Positions 28,148 to 42,000 of a DNA stretch of 64,000 nt are shown here, in pieces. A model generated the notes under the pieces. It saw only the letters and a list, made by a program, of their open reading frames with translations. It ran no database searches and was not told where the DNA came from. The stretch comes from Vicugna vicugna (lineage: Eukaryota), in the NCBI GenBank assembly GCA_013265495.1, contig MU058531.1, forward strand, positions 3,596,911-3,660,910, written 5' to 3'. The stretch's first letter is position 1; each line of letters starts with the position of its first letter. The position numbers and the translations under genes are program-made.

Positions 28148-28314
28148 CTGCTTCTCAAACGTGGATGTGCATCCGAGTCACCTGGGGCTTTTGATAATAA
28201 AATGCAGATCCCAGTGCAGTGGGTCTGGGGCTTGAGATTCTGCCTTTCTAATAAGCTCCAAGGATGCTGACCCTGCTTTGAGTACCAAGGTCTACTTTGA
28301 GTACCAAGGTTCTA
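28148..28314. mobile_element. MER5-like hAT MITE
   Basis: cttctcaaac..tcacctgggg..aaaatgcagat..gattctgc.tttcta.taagctcc..ctttgagta. Confidence 0.7.
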
Positions 28315-28431
28315 GTGCAAACTTCCTTCCGCAACCACACTCAACGTGCCAGCTCCACCAACATGTTACAGTCTCTTACTTTTTGTTCTTTTCCCTTTTC
28401 TCTTCTCCATTGTGTCAGTACCTATGGTCAC

Positions 28432-28843
28432 TGTATTAGTCAGCTCGGGCTGCATAACAAAATACCACAGACTGGGTGGCTTACACAACAGAGGTTTACT
28501 TTGTCACAGTTTTGGAAGCTAGAAGCCTAAGATCCAGGTATCAGCAGGTTTGCTTTCTTCTGAGGCCTCACTCCTGGGCTTGCAGACAGCCACCTCCTCC
28601 CTGTGTCCTCACAGGGTCATCCCCTGATCTGTGTGCATAGCATCTGCTGTTTCTCTGTGTCTGTGTTCCAGCCTCCTCCTCTTACAAGGACACCAGTCAT
28701 ATTGGATTAGGACCCACCCTGATGACTCATTTTAACCCCATCACCTCTTTAAAGACTCTGTCTCTAGAGATGGTCACATTCTGAGGTGCTGGGAGTTAGG
28801 GCTTCAACATACAGATTTTAGGAGGACACTATTCAGTCATAAT
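28432..28843. mobile_element. MaLR solo LTR (MLT1-type)
   Basis: tgtattagtc..taacaaaataccacagactgggtggctta..gtcacattctgaggt..cttcaacata MLT1 motifs. Confidence 0.85.
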
Positions 28844-29466
28844 AATTATTACAGAAATATAACAAAGTACAGAGAAGCAAAAACAATTGTTTTGAATTAT
28901 CCATTCTTCCATCACTTCAAAAGAGTTACTTTGGATATATATCTTTTGCAGACTTAATTTTTCTACCCATAGATATACTTATTAGCATATAGTATATATT
29001 TTTAACGAGTAAGATTCCTATTAATCTTAGTGTTTTGCAACTTACTGATTTTCACTTACTAATGTATGTAGTGAACAACTTTTCAGGTTGATACGTCTTC
29101 ATCACCACTTTCAAGGGCTGCATATTACTCCATTTTATACTTGCACTAATACTCAAACCATAACTTACTTAACCAGCCCCCACCCCCATTGTTTAATACT
29201 TTGTTTAAATACTTTATTATCACTAAAGTTATTCTAAGATGGAATGTTTGTTAAACAGTGACTTGTAGATGACTTCACACAAAGGTGATCAGGTTTTCCT
29301 ACTATATTTGGTTTGAGTTTTAAATTTTCAGTTTAAATCTGAGTTAGAAACAGTACTTGGACAAGTTAACTACCACTAGGTGGCCCAAGACTGTCCCCCA
29401 GGGCAGCGCTCTCCCATGGTTGCCACCCCTGCCCATCTTAAGGTCTTACTTTACTGACCTCCGTGA

Positions 29467-29748
<282 letters not shown>

Positions 29749-30869
29749 TAGGTAGCTATGGAAATAGTAACAATAATGTCTGACACTGGGTGCTTTCTAA
29801 GCACTTTACACCTATAATAACTCACTTAATTCTCTCACTAACTTCATGAAATAGCTATTAGTATCATCTCCATTTTACAGAGGAAGGTAAGAGCTAAGGA
29901 CGCCTGGTCACACAGCTATAAACCCAAGATCATCTAGCACCAAAGCCATACTCTGCACAAGTACTTATTACATGCCTGCCAGGGAGGAGAGCCAAAAATA
30001 ATAACGTGGGGAAAAGGCAAATGATGCAAAGCCTGCTAGGAAGTATCTTGATGCTTCTAGAAAATTCAGGTTGGACCGGGAAAATCCTTTGCTGCTTCAG
30101 CAGTCCGTGGGCAGATGTCACAGGCAAGCAGGGTCGGGTTGAGCAGCCGGGTGCTGCTGGCGGCATGTAACTGCAAGCGTAGCAGCCCCCTGGCACCTGG
30201 GGAGACTCAGTGCCCGCATTTTGGGAATGGGAGAGGGAAAGGGCCACCATTGCAGAATCTGTGTTTTAGTAAATATCCCAGGTAAGGTCCATCCCATTGA
30301 AGTTAGGGCCATTGGACCAGTGCTCACTCCAGTAACACAGGGTTGTTTATTTAAACAAGTAACACTGCTTTAATTAACTGGCTAATTCCTTTCTGCTTGC
30401 TCTTTAAAAGTTAGTTTAAAAGAGTGTCCATCAATTGCCTCTTTACATATTTAATACTCTGTTCATTGTTGCTTAAATTTTACTTCAACGTGATCCTAAC
30501 AACCTTTGGAAAGGCGCCTTCTGTGCTCACAGTGGTGCTGGCTTGGCCCCTGCCACCTCTGAATAGCCCAGCTTTCCTCCTCTGCTTCGGTCTCCCTGAC
30601 CTGGTCAGTTTCTTCTCTCTGTCCCTCCCCTTGTTTTCTTAGGTTTTTCTCCTTTTCCCTTCAATGTGTGGCCAAGGTTGAGGATAGCACTTTGGCCAAA
30701 GTGGAGGTGTTGCCTCTGCCTCTGCCTCTGCGGAGGACTGGGAAGCAGGGACGGGGCTGCCTGGTACCTGAGAGCAAGAATCAGATACTTTCAGAAGGCC
30801 TGGCAGGGCTTCAGGCGTGCTTCTGAGTTGGTTGCCCTCAGTACCTATTAGAGCGGAAGAGTCCACACA

Positions 30870-31690
30870 TGCTGTGAATGAACCCTTCTTCCTTACCACA
30901 CTCCTAACACCAAATGTGTGGTGTCTTTTCAAGACACTACTTCTCCAGCTCTCTGATGCGGGCTGGGTGTCCTACCTTTCAGTTCGGTGCTGACTGTATC
31001 TACCTGGCATGAGCGTCAGATCCCACCAGTTAAGGGCTCAGTCCCATAGGACTGTCCCCACTTCAGATGCCAGTTATAAGTTTCAGGTTGTCACTGGTAC
31101 TTCTGAGTGATCTGCTGTAAATTCAGGAGGTTGCCACCAAGCCCCTCCTTGGGTTCAGAAGTTTGCTAGAATGACTCTCAGATGACTCAGGAAAGTATTT
31201 TACTTACTATTACCAGTTTGTTATAAAGGCCACAACTCGGGAACAGCCAATGGAAGAGATGCATAGGGCGAGGTAGGGGAAAGGGGGCCCTGAACCTCCA
31301 TGCCCTCTCTGGGTGCACCAGCCTCCCAGCATCTCCATGTGTTCACCAACTCAGAAGCTCTCAGAATCCCATCTTTTAGGGGGTTTTATATAGGTTTCCT
31401 TGCATAAGCATGATGGAGTGAATCAGTGACCACTGGTGATTAACTCAGTCCCCAGCTCCTTTCCCCTCCCCTGAAGTAAGGAGGTGGGGCTGAAAGTTCC
31501 ATCCATCTAACCATGCCTTGGTCTTCCTGGTGACCACCTCCCATCCTGAAGCCATCTAGGGGCCTCCAGCAGTAAGTCCTCTTATTAGCATTCAGAAAAT
31601 ACTCATCACTCCAGGGACTCCAAGAATTTTAGAAGGTGTGTGCCAGGAACTGTGAGCAAAGACCAAATATTTATTTTTTTATTGTATCAC
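30870..31690. mobile_element. MER21-like solo LTR; boundaries approximate
   Basis: gctgggtgtccta..cagatccca..gttaagggctcagtccca.a.gactg.ccccacttcagatgcca matches MER21 motifs as I recall them. Confidence 0.75.
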
Positions 31691-33325
31691 ACCATGCCAT
31701 CCCTGGTATAGCCCAGGCAGCAGTGTATATACTAGTCCAAATTCTTGGACCTTGGAAGTCATCGCCCTCCATTACTCAAGGCAGTAACTGAAGGTCATCC
31801 TAGATGTCTCCCCCTCTCTCACTGTCCCATTTGAGACTTGATAAGTCTGTCTCCTTAGTATCTGTTCATCTCTATTCACCCCTTCCACCTTGGCCCTCAT
31901 TCGTTCTCACTTGGCTTCTGGTCCTGGGTTGCTAACTGGTCTTTTCCTCGGAGGTTGTCCCCCTCTGTATCACCCTCTAGACAGATCTATCTAAAACCCA
32001 AATATGACCATGGATGTCACTCTTCTGTTAAAAACCCCTCCATGGCTCTCCATTGCTTTCAGGACAGTTTCTGTGTGGACGGGGCAGAGACTCTGGGAAA
32101 GTAGAGTGCTCGCGGGTCATTTAAAGGGGCATCTGGTACCCTGCTCTCAGCTCCAGCTGCTCCAAGTAGTGTCACCAGATCTTTTGGTTTTCAAGAGAAT
32201 CAGAACATCTGGATCTGCATAAATGTTGGCAACTGCTTCAATTTTTTAAAAGTACAATGCAGGCTGAGCCATACAATTAAAATGTGTACATTTTATGGTA
32301 TGGCAGATCCTATCTTAATAAAAATGATTAAATAATAAAAAGACACTGTACAAGCGTAACAGCCAACCTTGCTTCCCCCACACCAAGTAAAGACAGAGCG
32401 TATGCTAAACAAAACACAGGCAGCCTTTTCCCCTCCTACAGGTCGCAAAACTCATTGAGGTTCCCAGAATGCCTTAGGCTTTAGGCCGCCTCTGACTCTC
32501 TGCACACAGACCACACCAATATTTGGGATGTTCTTGTCCCATTCTTTATCTGCTAAGTCACACTGGGCCTTCAAGATTTGGTTCAGATGATACCATTTTC
32601 AGGAGGCCTCTCTGATTTCCTCCAAATATGTGTGTTCCCAAGGAACTTAACATGCTTCTTACAATTGTCCACTTTCTCTTCTAGCTTTTCTGTTCAACTA
32701 GGAGCCCTTGAGCCCAGTAATAAAGGTCCCATTTTTTCCTGAATCCCCAGGGCCAGGCGTCATGTCTGATTTCACTGTCAGCCCTCGATAAATGATTTTG
32801 TATTTTAAATGAAAAAATGTATTTTAATATACAAAATGCTCAAAGAGTTGCAAGTTATACACCTCCCCAACTTTTCCTAACAAATACTTTTTGTATTATA
32901 ATTTTTTGTGTGTTCAGACAGTGAGCTTCCTAAGGCCAGAATAGTTTATTTATCCTCTTATTCAAAATTCTAGCCCAGTGTCCTGAAGAGAGATGGAACT
33001 CAGTAGACACTGTTGAATGTCAGTTCATACATTAAGGACTAACACATTTCAGATAACAGCAGTCCCTAATTGTGATAGAAAGAGACACTGTTATTTAAAA
33101 TAAATTAATATTTTGGTGGTATGCTACCAAATATTCTTACTAGACTCTTAAGGAATATGCACCATTGCCTCTTCAACCACAAAAAAGATACATCACGTTG
33201 TAAAAGGATGCTTTTTTGCATTTACATGTCCTTTTACATACTTCTAAGAATTAGCACTTCTGTATGGAATGTAGCATCAGGACATGAGAATGAGAGTGAA
33301 TGAGAAACTATGTGCTCTTTCTTGA

Positions 33326-33547
<222 letters not shown>

Positions 33548-34950
33548 TGACTTCAACAGCATCAGAGAGAGCCGCTTAAGTGTCAGTTTCATAGATTATC
33601 AAACAGAAGCTACTACCAAGGGATTTTTGGTTTTCTGAATCAGTCAGGTCATGAACTTCAGGGTCTACCTTCACAAAGCCCTGTTGGGGTTTTGGAGACG
33701 TTATAAAATGTGAAGGTCTAAAGAAATATTTCCATGGACCAGTCATAAAAAGTAGCACATTACTCTGTCACCCTGCGTAAGTAGTCACTTGGCCGTAAAG
33801 CAAGACTTGGGAGGGAGGGACACTGGCTCTCTCATGGCGGTGACAGTGTGCTCCTGGAAGCTTCATGCCCTGAATCATCCCTGTGGTAGTAGCTGCCCAT
33901 ACAACACATAGCGCAGTGTCGATTACAGACCAAGGGCTAGGGTGAAGGGAGTAGAGTCTTCCCGAGAATCTTCTGCCCCCACCATCCCCAGTTCATTCTG
34001 CTTCTCTGAGGTGGGTGAGACACAGTGGTCACTCTGGTCATTGCATCATTTGTGGGGTGGGGGCAGGGAGATGCCTGAGGAGAAGGGTACTGGCTTAATC
34101 CAAGCCAGATGGTGGCCACCCACTTCAAGTTCAGCCTTTGTCAGTAACCTGTACAATAGTAAAAAATGTGAAAGAATACATCAAGAATAGTAATTATGAC
34201 TAGTGTTCACTGAGTTCTCCTAAATGTGCCCGTGTTATGCTTTACAGTCAGTGCCTTAATCACAACACAAAACAAAAATAAGAGGTTGTTACTCTTACAG
34301 CTCCTATTGTATAGATGGGGGAACTGAGTTTCCAGAGGGTCAAATATCTTACACAATACTTCACAGCCAGTAAGTATTAAAGGCAAATTGCAGACCTTGA
34401 TCTGTCTGGCTCCCCAACCTGGTCTCAACCACTCCGACTGCCAGGGTCAGAGCCAATAAAGAAAACAGGCCTCTAGGCACACTGTCAAGAGTTTATTGAA
34501 AGGAGAATTCCCAGAATCTTAGATCAGATGAGATTAGAAGATGATTGAGTATTTCCAGCATGAGAATGGGGGATAATCTTGGTAAAAGCTGGACTAGGTT
34601 CTTTGCCCTCAGTCCTGTATTGCAAGATTACAAAGAGGTAGATCATAGATTGAAAAACCTAAAGTTTTTAATTCAGTAAGAGCTCTCATTCCAACAGTGG
34701 GAAAAACAGTTATGCTGTCTGGAGATTATGAATAAATTGTGTCACTGCCCAGAATGAACATAAACAATCCTTTTTGGACATAAGAGAATTCTTAGGTCTT
34801 CCAAAGAGATGTCTGCAACACTGCAGGGCGGGTTTCACTTAAAAATTGCACATCAGACCTATCTGAACCCCTTGAAAATAGGCTTGCTTTGAATGACTTT
34901 TTGTCCACTCCTCAGAGGTATGCTTGAATTTGCCTGTACTTTTTCTTTAG

Positions 34951-35196
<246 letters not shown>

Positions 35197-36512
35197 TAAC
35201 TCCCCACCTCGTCACTGGCCACCTCCCTCAAATTCAGAATTTCTTATAATGGCAACTTGGTTTATATTATTATTCTTAAGTACATGTGGATAAGTTATCT
35301 TACTCTTCTGCAAGTACTCAGAATGTTATGTCTAGGTTACAGAAATTTGGTCTAAAATTCATCCCTTAGGATACAAAGAAGCAAGAACTCAAAGGATACC
35401 TTAAGCATGTTGTCAGTGATGGGTCCAGGCTTTTATCTGTATGTGTGAAGACATCGTTGTGAGGGTGTAGTGCTGTGTTAATAGAAGGCCTGGAGGCATT
35501 CCATACTTGGGGGTTGGTTGCCTTCCTGTTAGTGCCTGTTAAAGTTTTAGCAGACACTGGCATAGTTGGTAGATCTGGGCTGTATGTATTTCTATTTAAT
35601 TTACTCTGTGGAACTAGTAAGATATATAAGCAGTTGGCCCATATATTAAGTCTCCAAGCTGCTGTTTGTGACTTCTGATCTAACCTGCCTGCTTTTTGTA
35701 ATTTTCCTGTCTCCTGAGCTTTCAAGATCTTCCTGTGGTCAATGTGCTTTCCCCTGACAGCTGCTGGCTTTGAAATCAGACAAGCCTGGCTCTGACGCAA
35801 ACTAGATGGATGACTTTCAACAGCTCATCTTAATTCTGTAAACCTCTGGGCCCTAATTTGTAAAATTGATAATATAAACTACCTTACTTGACTCAAAAAG
35901 ATAATCATGAGACTCATGCCAGGCATGTACACAGTATGTAGCAAAACGCTTAGCAAACTGTAAAGGGATATGCAGATGAGGGCTATTGTTATGGTCATAG
36001 TCTGTGGCTTCCTATGTGGCAAAAACAACTTAAAAATCACTAAGCTCTGAGTGAGACTCTAAGGAGTTCTCTTCAAAGTAATTCCCAGTGCATGATCACT
36101 GGGATATTTTTTGTGGCAACATAACTTTTTTGGTTTTTGTCTTGCTTATTTGTATCCTTGGACACTAAGATTATAAATTATGTCATGTGAATTACCACCC
36201 AACTCCACCCTCCAATCGGTTAAATATTACAATCAATGCAATGACATATTGTGCAGAATCTTTAGGAACTGACATGAAATGATAACCAAAATCTTCTAAG
36301 GAGAAAAAACAAGTTGTAGAACAGTGTATGTACTAGAGTACGATCTCTTTATGTAATACAAATAGACAATAACTCTCTCTCCCTCACCCGTAGTATAATG
36401 AATGGGGTCCAGACACTCCAGTTGTGAAAACTGTAGGGACTACGACTGCAAGATTAATGAAATGATTGGGGTGAGCTTATGCGGCCTGTCCTTTCTGGTC
36501 CTCCTGGCTAGT

Positions 36513-36532
36513 TTGGCGCCACCTGGTGACAA
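36513..36532 (-). promoter_or_regulatory. Candidate CTCF motif TGTCACCAGGTGGCGCCA
   Basis: Close match to the CTCF core consensus on -; motif only. Confidence 0.45.
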
Positions 36533-37729
36533 TTACCCATTTTGACTTTAATATCAGTGGGGACAACTCAGGGTCCTGTGGCTGGTTGGAATTTCCAGGA
36601 CATTGACAGTGATTCTTGGATTCCTTTGGTTAGTTAGCACCATTTCAGTTCCCTGATCTGAGAAGGGGCGGGGAGAATGCTGGGGATCAGAGGGCCTTCC
36701 TGCCGAACTCTCACTTCCTGAGATGGGGTTGCCTACTGTTTACCTGCCTCACTTCTCCTTCCTCTCCATCCCTCCCCCTTGTAGGAGATAACTTTACGCT
36801 ACCCTCATTTGAGAATGGGACTGACAAAGAACAAGAGTCACTTGACAATCACATTATATCTCAATTCACGTAATTCCAGGGTTTCACTGGCTGTATTTAT
36901 TCACATGCACAAAAATACATTTGTATATCCACAGCAGATGTTTAAAAGATTGTTATCACCTAACAGTGGGGTTTTTTTGGGGGGGTTTTTTTGGAGAATG
37001 AGATGGGAGAGCAAAAAAAATGTTGAAAACTGGAAGTTTGCCTTTTTATTGATAAATTTTTGTAATGCTTGAAAAATTTTAATGACACATGTCTGCAGGT
37101 ATGCCTAACTATATATGTAATATACATAATTATGTGTGTAAAACTAACTGAAAGCCAATCCACCAAAAGCCATCTAATCTGATGACCAAGTTTCATAATT
37201 ATTGAGAATTTTGTCAATATTTGTTTCAGTACAACTTACCTCCCATCATTGTTTTAGCCTTTCCATTGTGGGTTTTGTTCATCCAGCCTACTTGAATGTC
37301 AGTCTTGCATGTTTCACATTTCAGACGTCCAGCATTTCTTAAATGCTCATCTGTGTAGGAATGAGTGGGATTTCTCTTAAATGTAATTTATTGTGCTCTT
37401 ATTTGGCTTTTAGTAATTGGTAGAGTGGCATATTGTCTTTTTACAAATGTATCTATAGCTGATTTGGACTCAAAATCCACAGCATATAGGAGCAGGTCTA
37501 CTGGCTTGTTCTGGACCAGATCTTATCAGTGTGTCAACATCAGCAGAAACTAACAGTATTTCTTCCTGTAAGAAGACATGTATATCCTTTTAGAATAGTT
37601 TATGAAATATTAACTGGCATATGGAATATAAAGCTAATACGTTGTTTTCACATTACCAAGATCCACTCAAATTTTTGCTAGATTTTCTTTTCCTTATTCT
37701 CCATCATCTTACCATTTACTCATACATAG

Positions 37730-37924
<195 letters not shown>

Positions 37925-38637
37925 TAGTGTGAACTATTGGGACCAATCTGATGTCAGCTCATTTTGTGAACAAAGTGCTAGAACAGTGGGGACCTGAAAA
38001 GGGCAAGTGTGCCTCTTGAAGCTGGAAAATATTCATTCCTTCCACAGACACTTGCCTAGTATCTACTGTGAGTCAGGTGCTCTGTGAAGCCTTGATAAAG
38101 CTGTAGGAGGTGGCGCTGCAGAGTAGGAATTTCATCATCCCACAGAGGCCTAAGCCAGCACCTCATGACCATGTCTCAGGGATCCTTCCAAGGCCATGCT
38201 GGAGGCCTCCTCTGACCTTGCCCCTCCTTCTGGTCATGCTTCTCTGTATACATGGCTTCAGAGAACTCTGTTTCCTTCTTTAGAAGCCCTGTCATAGTTT
38301 TTGTTTATTAAACACTCTTTTGAAAAGTGGTATAGCATAATGGTTACCAGCACAGACTCTAGATCTGCTTGACCTCTGTAAGCTTAATTTTCCTTGTGTG
38401 TAAATGGGGAAGGTACACCTAAAACATGGACCATTGTAAAACTAAATGAGGCAACGTGGGAAAGTACACATAAGCTACAGCTGCATACATGTGAAATGAG
38501 AAGTGGGATGACGTGATCTGAAGGATCCCCTCCATCTCTAAATCTAAATCTAATCTGTGACATTTTTCCACCTTAAAGTCTCTTTTACAGTGAATGCAAG
38601 CGTTGGAGATACTGTGTCTTTATTCAGTTGATCGTAA

Positions 38638-38943
<306 letters not shown>

Positions 38944-38989
38944 TAGTGGTATCTAGGAGAAAGTTCCTGAGTCAAGGCAGTTGGCAAGG

Positions 38990-39046
38990 ACGTACTGTAT
39001 AGCACAGGGAACTATATTCAGTTTCTTCTAATAGCATATAATGGAA
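38990..39046 (+). mobile_element. Left part of an older L1 3'-UTR fragment interrupted by the large L1
   Basis: tactgtatagcacagggaactatattca L1 3'UTR motif; the right part resumes at about 43570-43700. Confidence 0.7.
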
Positions 39047-42000
39047 GGAGAGTGCCAAGATGGCAGAGTAGTGGGACTCACAGCTCGCCCCCCTCCCACA
39101 AATACATCAAGAATTACATCTGCAGACCCACAGAATCGCACAGAACACCTACTGAACTTTGGCAGAGTGTCTCTCACTTTGAAATAGAGTAGGATTCCTC
39201 ACAAAAACCAGTAGGAGAAAAAAAGAAAGAAAAAGGAAATCGGTGCAGCACCGGTCCATGGGGAGGGAATGGCAAAGTAAGAAAGGCACCCTCACGCTGG
39301 GATGCTCCCCTCCAGCCAGGTCAGTGGGGACAGAAGCCAAGCTTCCGAGGCTTGGAGGGGAAAGTGGCAGCTGTCTGGCAGGCAGAACTAAGAGAAACTG
39401 GCATGGAGCATCCCTGAGAACCCCCAGCCTTAGACGCGAGCCAGCAGGGACAAGCCGGGACTGGCTGCTGGAGATTGGTGAGGAGCCAGGGTAGAGGGCT
39501 ATGGCCTGCTGCACAGAGATAGCCTTAGAGGGCACTGGAAGGCAGTGTGAGCTGTGGCTGGGAATGTGTGTGGAATAGAGCAGCCTGGGACCCCCATAAA
39601 AAAGCACTGCTGCTGGTGCGAGGGGAGGGGAGGGGCACAGTGCAGCCAAGCCATAGCCACTGTCTCTGCTTGACTCCATTGTTTGTTGGTGTGTTCTCAC
39701 AAGAATAGAGGTGGGGCTTTGTCATAGCAATCACATTGCTGCTGCGAGGCTCCAGGGCAGAGGCAGGGCTGAAAGCTGAATCCATACCCAGGGGCCCTGC
39801 AGCTTCAGAGGCGGGAGCCGCACTGGTGCCTTTGGACGTGTGCCTCTGTGACGAACAGGCAGTAAGCAGAGTTCTGGCCCACGGTGGGTACAGATATGGC
39901 ACTTATAACAGGCCAGCATACTGTACTGTACACGGAGGCAGTGCTGGGGTCTACACTTAACCCTGTGGTGCGCCACAGATTCAGGTCTATGACTGCATGC
40001 TCACTACGGCTGGTCCTCGCACCTGACATTGGCAGATCTGCACTGGTTGCAGGTGCAGAACCTGGTGGACACCAGGGCAGATGGTTGACATTTCTGTGCC
40101 TACAGTGGGGACAAGGACAGCATGAACAAAGAGTACTTTGTAAGCCCACATAACAAGTGACAGACAATACCACAGAGGGCACTGCCTGGTAGACTTCTCC
40201 TGTGGAGGTATAAGTAGCAGCTCTTCTTCCCAGCTGAAGTGCTCCAACCCTGCCTGCAATACACCATAGCTCAGAAACAGATCTGGAAGCCTCTATTCCA
40301 GCCACAGGGGAGCAGACCCAGCCAGCCCATCAGGACTGTGACAACCACAGAACAAAAAAGGAGGGCCCGTTCAACAACGAGGGCAGGCTCTGATCACCAC
40401 AGCACCAACCACACCCCCAATCAAAGGGAACACATGGAAGAAAGACTGTCAATACAAAGAACAGCCCTCACAAAAAAAACTATTAAATAGGCACAGTCTA
40501 CACAAGAATGCTCCCACTTTAAATTAAAAAAAAAAAGCAGCCCTTCAAGACCACAGTAGATAACTGATACTCCTAAATCCATAAAGCCAGAGAAATATAA
40601 GTAAAATGAAGAAGCAGAGGAACCACTCCCAATTACAAGAACAAGAAAAGTCCCCTGGAAGAATGAACAATAAGATAGACCTCAACAGTCTAGACCATGA
40701 CTTCAAAAAGGGGGTGATAAAAGCACTGAAGGAAATAAGAGACTATGACAGAGATGCAGAATACTATAAAAAGGAAATAGAAACTACAAAGAGGAGCCAA
40801 TTAAAAATACAACAATGGATGAGGTAAGAGCTGAGACAAAGGCAGTCAAAAGCAGACTAGATAATGCAGAGGAACGAATAAGTGACTTAGAAGATAGGGT
40901 AACAGAAATCACCCAATCAGAACAGCAGATAGAAAAGCAAGTAAAAACCAATGAAAGCAGTGTAAGGGGCAACGAACACCACAGAAATACAAAAAATCCT
41001 AAGAGAATACTATGAACAACTATATGGCAATAAATTGAACAACCTAGAAGAAATGGACAAGTTTCTAGAAACATATAGTCCACCAAAACTGAATCAAGAA
41101 GAAATAAATCATTTGAATAGATCTATCACTAGAAGTAAAATAGAATCAGCAATAAAAAACCTCCCTGCAAACAAGGTCTAGGACCAGATGGCTTCACTGG
41201 GGACTTCTATCAAACAAAGAGCTCATACCGATCCTTCCCAAACTCTTCCAAAAGGCTGAAGAGGAGGGAATACTCGCAAACTCATTCTATGAAGTCACCA
41301 TCACCCTGACACCAAAGCAAGACAGAGACACTACTAATAAAGAAAACTAGAGGCCAATATCATTGATGAACATAGATGCAAAAATCCTCAACAAAACCTT
41401 AGCAAACAGAATCCAATGCATAAAAAAGATTATACACCATGATCAAGTTGGGTTCATCCCAGGGACACAAGGATGGTTTAACATACATAAATCAATCAAC
41501 ATGATACACCACATCAACAAGAGAAAGGACAAAATCACATGATCATCTGAATACATGCAGAAAAAATATTTGATAAAATTCATTTATGATAAAAACTCTA
41601 ACCAAAGTGAGTATAGAGGGAACATATCTCAGCATAAGAGGAAGGGTATAGCTCAGTGGTAGAGGGCATGCTTAGTATGCAAAAGGTCCTGGGTTCAATC
41701 CCTTTTAAAATTGCATCCAAAAAAGTAAAATACTTAGGAATAAATCTGACCAAGGAAGTCAAAACTTAAACACAGAACTACAAAACATTGGCTAAGGAAA
41801 TTAAAGATGACTTAAAGAAATGGAAAGGTATCGCATGTTCTTGGATTGTAAGAATTAATACTGTTAAAATGGTCATACTACCTAAGGCAATCTAAGGTTT
41901 AATGCAGTCCCTGTCAAATTACCCAGGACATTTTTCACAGAACTAGAACAAATCATAATAAAATTTATGTGGAATCACAAAAGACCCAGAATTGCCAAAG

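Noticed and set aside
39149..40305. Long ORFs of 183 and 166 aa on the - strand
   Set aside because: They fall in the GC-rich L1 5'UTR where stops are rare; no recognisable protein.
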